From the human T2T-CHM13v2.0 reference genome, Homo sapiens: a stretch of DNA of 64,000 nucleotides. Of this stretch, positions 54,281 to 64,000 are shown piece by piece. The stretch lies in the NCBI RefSeq assembly GCF_009914755.1, contig NC_060929.1; one strand, given 5' to 3'. The notes under the pieces are model-generated. The model searched no databases, was not told the DNA's origin, and saw only the letters and a list, made by a program, of their open reading frames with translations. Both the position numbers and the translations under genes were made by a program. The stretch's first letter is position 1, and each line of letters starts with the position of its first letter.

Positions 54281-54569
54281 ATAATTTTTAAATGTGAAAA
54301 TTATTCCTATTTTATTCGTTTCAAACATAATATTCATTTGCAAGATTCTCTAAGATTATTAAAATTGACTGAGATTCTCTTTTCCTTTCGTCTTTAATAC
54401 TTAACTTTAAATTTTTGGATTCTAATGGTTTGGAAAAATAAATATTTTAAATTATAAGATAATATGACTGTTGCTTTCCAAGAGGTGTAATGTAAATTTA
54501 AACAATTACCTTTTTTATTTTAAAATATTAACTAGTGGGAAAACGCTGTGAAAGTATAACAAACTTTAC

Positions 54570-55630
54570 TAATACCAAGGGAAAATAAAAGAGAGTATTT
54601 CTTATAATCTTGGAGTGGAAAGACCTCTCTAAAGGTCTAGACACAAAACATAGAAACTTGAAAGGAAAAGATTAATAAATTTGACTAAATTAAAATTTTA
54701 AAAATCTGTATAATATTTTAAAATAATAATTTAAAAATCTATAAAGACAAAAATAACTGTAAGCCAATAATAAAACCAACAATTCAATAGAAACATGGCA
54801 AAGGTCACAAATATAGAATTCACAGAAAAAGAAATATACTTTATAAACATGTGAAAAGATGCTCTAACCTGATTCAAAATAAGACAAATATATATTAAAA
54901 CCACAAGGAGGTAATGTTTTTGTCGCATTACATTACAAAGATAAAAAAATTGATAAAACACACCACCGTCAATATTGCAGAGAAGGAGGTACTATCCCAC
55001 ATCGTTGAACTGGTGCAAAAATTTTGGTTGGTAATTTGGCAAATATCTGTCCAAAATGTTGTAATTATGCATCTTTTGACTAGATATTCCACTTTTATAA
55101 ATTTCTCTAACAAATATACTTGCATATGCACAGGCACAAAGATACCTGCAAAACTGTTCATTACAGCATCGTTTAATAACAGGGAAAAACTGAAACCAGC
55201 TAAGTGGCTACCACCAGGCAACAGTTAAATGTAGTATGAAGCAATTACATAAGATGTTATGCAGTCATTTAAAAGGTAGATTTCTGTAAGGGGATGTGGA
55301 CTGTCTTGCAAGATGTATTGTTAAATGAAAAAGGCAATGTGAAAAATGGTGTAGATAGTATTCTAGTATGTCTGTAAAAACAGAAATATTCTTTATATAA
55401 ATTTTCTTCATAACCACATATAAATTGCTCTATTGGCTGTTCCTGGAATTAAAATATTAAAAAATTATAAATAGTGGTTGCCTCTGGGGAGGTGTTGTGG
55501 GGCTGCACATGTAAACAGGGAATATTTGCCTCTCATCATCGATTGATTTTTATTATTCAACTTATTTGTTTTAAACACAGCATTTCTTTGTCTATTATAA
55601 TTTTAGATATCCAATAAAAAATAAATATTA
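54570..55630 (+). mobile_element. Old L1ME ORF2 3' end and UTR
   Basis: AAAGGAAAAGATTAATAAATTTGAC, AAACATGTGAAAAGATGCTCTAACC and AGTGGTTGCCTCTGGGGAGG. Confidence 0.75.
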
Positions 55631-56330
55631 TAAATCAAGTGCGTGTATAATGTGTAGGTTAAAGCTTATCACTTAGAATCTCTAGAATTTCCAGTTCTTT
55701 TGCTGAAGTAACTTGTACTTCTAGAAATCACTTAGCCAAACGATAGGAGGTGAAGGTGAAACTGTTACTGATGCCCAACCTCTCTGTTGCGGACTACCAA
55801 ATGAAAAGTTGTAATGAATATACCATCTCCCATTTCACCATCTTCTTGAATCATTTTGAGGCTTGGATTATTTTTGTTTCTATAAGTGGCTTGACTTTTC
55901 TGCTGGGAACTGCTGGCATGTTTGTGATGGAGTTAGGGGCACTGGCTTGTTGGGTGATTTGTTGCTGCTTAGTGACATACACGGATCGGAGGAAACAAAA
56001 ACCCCAACTCTCCCACAGCTCCATTTTCCACACCTGCAGTCTCAACCGGAGTCCTTAGGTTTCGGTATATCGTTTTTGTTAATTACATCCAATCCAGACT
56101 TCAAAGGCATTGGTTGTACAAGATCATACACTGAGGATGACTTGTTATTCAAATTAACACCTAGTACAGTTCTGTGGTAAAAATAGCCTTGTTGCAAGGA
56201 AGTTTCCTTGCTTTGTAAAACCGTTTTAGATTTAATAGGATTTTTACCTATATGAACCTTCGATTATACCACCTTGTGCTGTTCTAGCCAGTATCACTTT
56301 TTATGATTAGATCAGTTTCCTTTTTCTAAG

Positions 56331-56732
56331 TGTTATGAGTTGAAATGTGTCCCCCCAAAATGAACATGTTGAAGTCCTAACCCCATACGACCTTATTTGG
56401 AGATAGGGTTTTTATAGAGGTAATCAAGTTAAAATGAGGTCATTAAGGTGGGACGTAATCCAATATGACAGATTTCCTTGTTAAAAATACATAATAAATA
56501 AATAAATAAACTAAACTGAGGCACACACTGGGAGAACACCGTGTGAGAGTGGAATTACACTGCTACAAGCCTGCAGGGAGCTAGGACAGATCCTTCCTGA
56601 GCTCCTTCAGAAAGAGCATGGCCCTGCGTGCACCTTGATTTTGGATTCGTAACCTCCAGAGCTGTGAGATAATAAATTTATGTTGTTCTAAGCCACCTAG
56701 TTTGAAGCTGTTTGTTATATCAGCCTAAGGAC
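56331..56732 (+). mobile_element. MaLR LTR, MLT1C-type
   Basis: TGTTATGAGTTGAAATGTGTCCCCCCAAAA...GACCTTATTTGGAGATAGGG...GAGCATGGCCCTGC...AATAAATTTATGTTGTTCTAAGCCACC. Confidence 0.85.
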
Positions 56733-57254
56733 TCTGGATGGGAAATAATTGGACAAAAGTGAAAAAGACTCCAGTTCAAAATGAGCTGTGACTTTCTCCA
56801 ATTCTTTCCTATACTAGGAAATGCCCCTTGTGAATTTGAATTCTGCTTTTGGTAATTTAGTCTGGAAAGAGTAACTGCTTTTTCAACTTAGGTTGTGTTT
56901 CCCCAGTATTTGTAGGAAGAAACACTACAATATCACTTCTCTCTGTGTGAACTCATCTATCCTTTAGGTTATATTTTCCACTAGGCTTTGGATGTTTTTA
57001 CTCAAGTTGTTTCTTCTGCCTAGAATGACTTACCACCCTCTTTTTGCTAAACTGTGTGCCTTCCCCTCTTTCAAAACCCACTTTCAGAACTTGTCTGCAG
57101 ATTCACTTCCTTATTGGTCTTTCTAGATTAAGTCTTTCAGGATAGAGTCACTCAGCAAGACTGTGAATGCTTTATATTGCCAAGTTTACACTCCTCTCCT
57201 CATAAACTATTTATTTCTCTCTGTATATTTAATATTTAGGTATATTTAAGTTTA

Positions 57255-57398
57255 TATATTTAAGTTTCAGCACTTGAATTAATATATCTGTATATTTAAG
57301 TTTCAGCACTTGAATTAATATATCTGTATATTTAAGTTTCAGCACTTGAATTAATATATCTGTATATTTAAGTTTCAGCACTTGAATTAATATATCTG
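57255..57398 (+). repeat. Minisatellite, four perfect 36-bp units
   Basis: TATATTTAAGTTTCAGCACTTGAATTAATATATCTG at 57255, 57291, 57327 and 57363, with no spacers. Confidence 0.97.
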
Positions 57399-57547
57399 TG
57401 TATTATTTTTCTTTAAGTGGCAACATCTTTGAAGGAAAAGTTTTTTCAGTCAGCAAGTAATAACAAACGTAATAGTTACAATTGCTACATTTATGAGTAC
57501 TTAGTACCTCTGCATTGTGAAACTGGGAGAAGTTTTATTTATATATA

Positions 57548-57550
<3 letters not shown>

Positions 57551-57581
<31 letters not shown>
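57551..57581. repeat. (GT)15 microsatellite
   Basis: Directly visible. Confidence 0.95.
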
Positions 57582-57582
<1 letters not shown>

Positions 57583-57900
57583 TGTAATAAGACACTCGTT
57601 CACAGTCACACAGCTAGGTAGTGGCAGAGCCAGGAATTCATTCCAGGCTGAATTGATTCTGAAGCCCTAGCTCTGAGACGCCTACTCAGTAAAGATGGTC
57701 CATTCACCTGACTCCAGCTAATAGGTCAAGGACTTCATCTTGCTCACAGATCTACCCCCAGGGCCTGGAATACTGTCTGGCACATGGTGGATACAGGATT
57801 CATGTTTTTGTTGCATAAACAGTCTGTAGCTCTGTCGATGTATGGCTATATTAATAGGAATAGAGGTACTCATAGGGCAAGACATGTCTTTTTAAAAATG

Positions 57901-57979
57901 TTAGCTCAAACCATATAAAATTGCCTATATTCAAAGTTTTTAACCTACAGAGATGGCAGTTTCATGCTGTTCAATCTTA
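57901..57979. mobile_element. MADE2 mariner-derived MITE
   Basis: About 80-bp quasi-palindrome TTAGCTCAAACCATATAAAATTGCC...GATGGCAGTTTCATGCTGTTCAATCTTA. Confidence 0.75.
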
Positions 57980-58734
57980 TACAATTGCCAAAAGAATTTA
58001 AAATTAATAAAAGATTCAGTCTTTTGCTGTTAGATTTGTTTTTAAAAAGTTTTTTCATGTCAGTGAGCCTCAGACTCCCATTGCAGCCCTTGGTTTCTGA
58101 CAAGGACAATAAATTACTGTGTTTCTGTCATTATACAGTCTCAACACAAACATGTGTTCCTGGCATCTGTCTGACATTGCAGATGTTTTCTTTTAATAAG
58201 CAGGGTTAAAGTTCTTCTCTCATGAAAGAATTTTGCTATTCACATAAGTCGAATAATGAGACAGCCCTGGGAATGTAACCTCTCCCAGGATCCATTGTTT
58301 GTCATCTTCTCGTAAATATTTGAAGTCAACGGGCCTGATTTCTAACTCTCTTTCATTGATCTGCTCTCTGGCCCTCTGCCACCTTGGATCAAGCCACCTT
58401 TGCCACCTTGGTTTCCCCATTGATCAATCATTCTGGGGCTAGTGGATAAGTCTGTTGAAAGAGTCATAGAACTGGATTCTAGTTTTCCACCAGAACTAGT
58501 GATGTAACTTTGACCCAATTGAGCAGTCTCTGAACTGTTTCCTAAATAATAAAATGAAAATTATGTTCATCCTGCATCATCACAGGTTTATTGTCGGCAT
58601 TCAAACTGTAAAATACCATTCAAATGTAACATGTTCCTGTTAGAGTTGCATTTAAACTTCAAGTCACAGAGGCAGTAAAGATTAGTCAATCCTTGGTGTA
58701 TATAATGAGTTAGGTAATACTGTAATGACGGTAA

Positions 58735-58930
58735 CACAATAGCTAACAGTCATAAAATTTTCTCTCTGACAGACACTATTCTAAAAGTTTTACTTGGATA
58801 TTCTCACATAATCCTTATAGCAACCTCATAAGTTAGATATTATTCTATCTCTATTTTACAGTTGAAGAATCTGAGTCAGAGAGATTGAATAAATTACACA
58901 GTGAGGAAGTGGCAGAACCAGCCCTTTGCA
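58735..58930 (-). mobile_element. MIR
   Basis: AATCCTTATAGCAACCTCATAAGTTAGATATTATT...TTTTACAGTTGAAGAATCTGAGTCAGAGAG. Confidence 0.8.
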
Positions 58931-58946
58931 GCCAAGCTTTCAGCCT

Positions 58947-59327
58947 GTGGTAGACACATACAATGCTCATCAAATACCCATGTGTTTCCTTTAATTTCCT
59001 GGACTCCCTTGTAATTAAACTGGGGCCTTGGAACTAGTTCTAGCCAATGGACTAGAAGTACGAGGGATGAGGGTCACTTCCAGTTTGAAGCATAGAAGAA
59101 TAATTAGGACTCTTCACGCATTTTCCTTTTCCCTGTTAGAGGCCTCAGGTTGAAATGATGATGTCAACAATGAAAGCGTGGGTCACTTGGAAGCAAGCTG
59201 CTTTGGGGAGCTGCTGGGCCTGCAACAGACCTTGCATGAAAAAGGAATGTGCTTTCATGTGACCAACCACTTAGGTTTCAGGTTTGTTGGTTATTGAAGT
59301 ATAGCCTGTCTTATCCTGATGACTATC
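58947..59327 (+). mobile_element. Old MaLR LTR (MLT1I/J-like)
   Basis: TGTGGTAGAC start, ACTAGTTCTAGCCAATGG...GTCACTTCCAG, end GTATAGCCTGTCTTATCCTGA. Confidence 0.7.
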
Positions 59328-59563
59328 CTACTTGTTGAAGTAAATATATTCATTTCTGAATCTAGAAATTATACATTGTAACTTGGAATTTGAAATCCAA
59401 TATTAACAATCAGACAATTGTCCTCTAATGTGCTTCCTCCTAAAAATCTTCCTTTCAGAATTATTTTATGTAATTTGCAGCTCTCCCCTTCACTTTCTCT
59501 ACCCGGCAGCCTAAGATGTACTTTCCATATATGTAATTTGTCTCCCTACCTCTTACCCACTTA

Positions 59564-59565
<2 letters not shown>

Positions 59566-59602
<37 letters not shown>
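59566..59602. repeat. (TG)18 microsatellite
   Basis: Directly visible. Confidence 0.95.
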
Positions 59603-59604
<2 letters not shown>

Positions 59605-60809
59605 CGTGTGGGCATTCGTGGGAGCATAGGTGGGAGAAAGGAAGAAAAGATTACTCAAAACAGTCTTTACTGCTTTCCAGATGTATAGAGATAGAGAAGG
59701 TTTAGCAAAGAATTTTTTCAACAGACTAGTGCAAAATAGATATTTAGAATTGTGTTTGGAAATTTGCTTTCCAATCTTGACACTGAAGCATTCATTGGCT
59801 GATGTATTATGATTCTTCTTTCTGCTGTGCTCTCTCAGAATTGAAGTTGGATAATAGTGTGGGTAGATATTTTCTTTCCAAGAACATTCTGGAGAAAAAA
59901 AATTGAACTAATAAAACAACAGACCCAAACAGTACTAGAAATAAATGCGGTTTTAGGGAAATGATGCTGCCGATGCCAGCCTCCCCGTCTCAATTATCTC
60001 AATCAGACAAAAATCTACTGTGCCCTGGGCTCCTCAGCAACAAAGCACTGTCTAGTTAGAAAGCAGAACAGCAACTTGTAGTGGGACAAGAACTTCGGTT
60101 TCTCCACCACACTGCAGAGGATGAACCTTCAGCCTCTGAGACATTCTAACGTGGGACAGAGCACCAGTGATGTGCCTAGGGAAGTATGTGTATGTGTGTG
60201 TACTAATATCAGTCAATGCTGGTTTTTTAAGACATCATTACTTGGTTGTATCTTCTCTGCTTTCTCTGCTGTCTTTTCAGAAATCCTACTGGATAGATGT
60301 TGTATGTCTTGAGTTGATATCTAATTTTCTTATCCTGTCTCTACTGTCCTTTCCTTTGTAAGCTTCGCATCTCACCTGAGGTTGGGAAGGGATAGTTGCC
60401 TTGATGTGTGAAATGGAAGAAAGAGACTGAGGTTCTAACTGCAATCTGTAAAGATTTTCACCCATCTCTCTCTTTTCAGCCCATGCCCCACCTCCAAACC
60501 CTGAGCTTTCAAACTGGCATTAGACCTTGCTCACTTCTGTCCGTATCTCCCCAGCAGACTCTCAGGCTGTAGCTTTCTCCATTCTGTAAAATTTGGTTTC
60601 TATTACACCTTTTACAAAAATGTGTTGATATATCATGTTTGTAATTGTCTCCTGTTCTGTGCCATTTATCCTGTAGGTTTAGAGCTTTCCTATTTGTTTT
60701 AATTTCATTTACTCTCAGTGAAGTTTCAGGGGAGAGAAGGAATAAAGACACACATATTTAATCTGTGTGTTAAATCAGAATCTCCCTGTGACATGTTTTT
60801 AAAAGTAAC

Positions 60810-60960
60810 AGCCCTGCAAGGTATATATTAGTAGGCTCATGTTACAAAGATACTGAGTCTCAGAGAGCTTCGGTAAACTTCCTAAGCACTTACTGCTAAG
60901 GACCACAACTGGGATTCAAATCCATATGCAATTGAATCCAAAACCCCTGCTTTTCACCAG
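60810..60960 (-). mobile_element. MIR
   Basis: ACAGCCCTGCAAGGTA...ACTGAGTCTCAGAGAG...CTGGGATTCAAATCCA. Confidence 0.7.
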
Positions 60961-62269
60961 AGCAGATCTTCCTGCAGTGGCCACTAGGGCAGCGTCAGAG
61001 GACCTCCCAGGGATGGTTCTAAGGAGATGGTTCATAGCAAACGAGGTCCAGACCAACCCTTAGGTATCTTCCAACCTAGGTTGTAATAATTGGCTTTGCT
61101 TTGTTTGATAATTACAAATGATTTCCTACATGGAGTCTATAATTAGAATACTCATGGTATAAAAATAACACACGTTAGGGAAAAATGTAGAATTGATGGG
61201 TCATGGGGATTTTTTTAAACAAAGATAATTGGTGTAATACCATTTTAGCCTAAGTACTAAATAGTGCTCAATTAAAACTCTGGAGGAGGAACATAAACAG
61301 AAAAACTAGCTGAGTAACCCACAGCACCTAATTATACATTTAGCCACTCATCCAATCAGCTCACAGCACACCTACAGAGAGGAAACCCTATGTTTAGGTG
61401 ACTCCTCTGTGAAGCCTCCACTTAAATGCTCTGTGTCACAGAGCCTCCTGACACACAGCATTTGGCCTAACCCACTCAGGGAGTAAGATATGTGCCATAT
61501 GTTCATTTTAAGATTTCCCTTGGATGTGTTATTTGCACATGGGATCATCTTGCCTATATTAAAATGACACAATGCAAAATATAAGATGTGATATCTGATG
61601 TATCCCAGGAAAAACAGAGCTCATGACAGAAATTGGTGGTCACAGGGACTCCAACAGTCAGAGGCTGACTACTGCATACTTCAGAAGGGGCACAGACTGC
61701 ACGGGAACCATAATCCCTTTCTGCAAGACAACAGGTTTGGGAGAGGTAGCTAGGCACCAACTGAGACCACACCCTCTTACCCACCTGCTGTGAGGAACTG
61801 GTTTGGCTTGAGCACAGTGCTTGAAGGATGTCTCCTAATCCTTGAGACCCATCAGGGTCCCTGTTGAGCCTGAGTTTCCCACAGCCATTATCTCCCAAAT
61901 TAATGGCAGTTATTCCACAGTTTAGTGATTGCCTTCATATTTTCTCACAGGCTCCAGGGACACATCTACTCTGTGCCACAGTTATCCTATATCCTCAGGG
62001 TGGGATCAGACCTCACAGGGAGTCTCTGTGTCTGAGTAGGCAAACCAGTCCAGATTCATTGCCTTGGGGCAGGGCTAGACCCCACCTGGTATTGAAGTTA
62101 TGCCAGACATGTGTTTTTAATCACATTTTTTTCCTCAAAGTCAACTGCATAATAAATTCATAATAAATAAATGCTGTCTCATCTAGAGAGTTCTGGGAGA
62201 CCTAGAAAAACAGATGATTAAAAGAGAACAATTGAGTTGTTGCTCCAGAAAGGGCAACAATTTGGAGAG

Positions 62270-62440
62270 GAAGTGTAGTTAGTAGACCTGGCTTTGGAAT
62301 CTGGCTCTGCCACCTCCCAGCTGTGGATGAAGTCTTACCTTCTTAAAACACCCATCTCCTTCTCTGTAAAATAAGGGTACAAATAAAACCTCGTAACATT
62401 GCTGTGAAGGTTTATAAAATGCATATAAAGTCCTAGATTA
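62270..62440 (+). mobile_element. MIR
   Basis: AGACCTGGCTTTGGAATCTGGCTCTGCCACCTCCCAGCTGTG...CTCTGTAAAATAAGGG. Confidence 0.75.
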
Positions 62441-62744
62441 GAGTAAGCAAAAGGTAAATCATAGATGAAATAAAAATTATTTAAAAGCTCTTTTCTTTTT
62501 CTTCTTTTCTCTCAGATCTTTATCTTGTATCTTAACCCAATATTTAGAAGACGAAGGAATATTTCATTTTGGCTTCTTTAGAAAGAAAAGAAAAAAGAAT
62601 TTGGGGGCCAAAATAATTATCTTTAAGTATTTGAAAGACTGAAAAGCAAAATAAATAAATAAATAACTATGAGTCTTATTCTGTATTTTTCTAGTGGTAG
62701 TTTTAGTCTAATATTTGTTGTTTCCCCTTAAAAATACTACTTAA

Positions 62745-63158
<414 letters not shown>

Positions 63159-64000
63159 CATTTTCTTTTTTCAATTCTTTTTCTTACCTTTCTTTCACTT
63201 TCACTACTTTCCTCATTTATGCTTCCTATATCTTTTTCTTAAGAAAACCAAACTGTGGAGTACATAATGAAAGCAAAAAAACCTCACGTGTAGTGTGCAT
63301 AGCTACTGTATATTACCAGTTTCAAAAACAAAGCACTCTCTTTTTCTCCGATGTTATATTTTAATCTGAGAAGTAATATTTGCAGAGTTTTCAGTGGTTT
63401 GAAGGAAGTAAAATATAACACAAATATCTTCTAGACATACACAGCATAAGCTTTTACTTGACTACACTCAGATGTTATCAAGAGTAAGTTCATTAATAAC
63501 TTGCTGTTATATCAAAATTGGAAAATGAAAAGTAAGAAAAAACAAAAAAGGGGCATCTGGATTTTCAAGAATATTGCAATACATTTGGAAGTGGAAGCTG
63601 AGCACACAAGAAGAGAACAAATAAAGACCATGTATATTTGTGTTAAATTTGGGGAGGGCTCACATGATAAAAGACCTTCATAGCTAGCTCAAAAGTTAAG
63701 ACTTTCCTTTTATTATTTTTATTGTATACTATGTGTTTATTGCAAGAACCATTAAGAAATATAAGAAACATTAAGAAAACATAAACTGGGAAAATAAAAC
63801 CAAAATAGAATTACCCAAATGCTCACATCTAGTTAATTTCTTGATGTATAGCTCTATCTTTAGCTCTACAATGTACATGCTATTTTATAAATACATTGTC
63901 CTTCTAAGAGGATACTGAATATTTTTCTGTGTCAATAAATATGGAATAGAAACCTTTCAAGACCTATAGGTGATCAGAAAAGGACAAAAAAGATGTGGGG

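Noticed and set aside
57255-57398. 36-bp repeats containing GTTT, superficially like a CRISPR array
   Set aside because: The units are head-to-tail with no unique spacers, there are no cas genes, and the context is primate DNA; this is a minisatellite
60978-60996. CTCF-like TGGCCACTAGGGCAGCG
   Set aside because: Three mismatches fall in the near-invariant GGC part of the core

Overview
Primate (human-like) genomic DNA. AluY and an ERV9/LTR12 element point to a catarrhine, probably hominoid, origin. I see no protein-coding gene, tRNA, rRNA or recognisable snRNA. The supplied ORFs are Alu-, L1- or LTR-derived, or look like chance ORFs, so the window reads as intergenic or deep-intronic. It is dense in interspersed repeats: about 19 Alus (many with target-site duplications, TSDs), L1 fragments, L2/MIR, MaLR/ERVL/ERV1 solo LTRs and hAT/Tigger/mariner DNA-transposon relics. 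Repeat subfamilies were assigned by eye from remembered consensus sequences and need RepeatMasker/Dfam confirmation. The most notable observations are: an intact solo LTR12 with nine CCAAT boxes followed by a well-formed candidate exon; two MaLR LTRs carrying inserts copied from their own flanks; an old local duplication; a deletion scar joining inverted Alus; a MER47B ending in AATAAA plus a poly(A) tail; a perfect 4x36-bp minisatellite; and two divergent CTCF-like motifs. I found no convincing evidence for a new multi-gene biological system.
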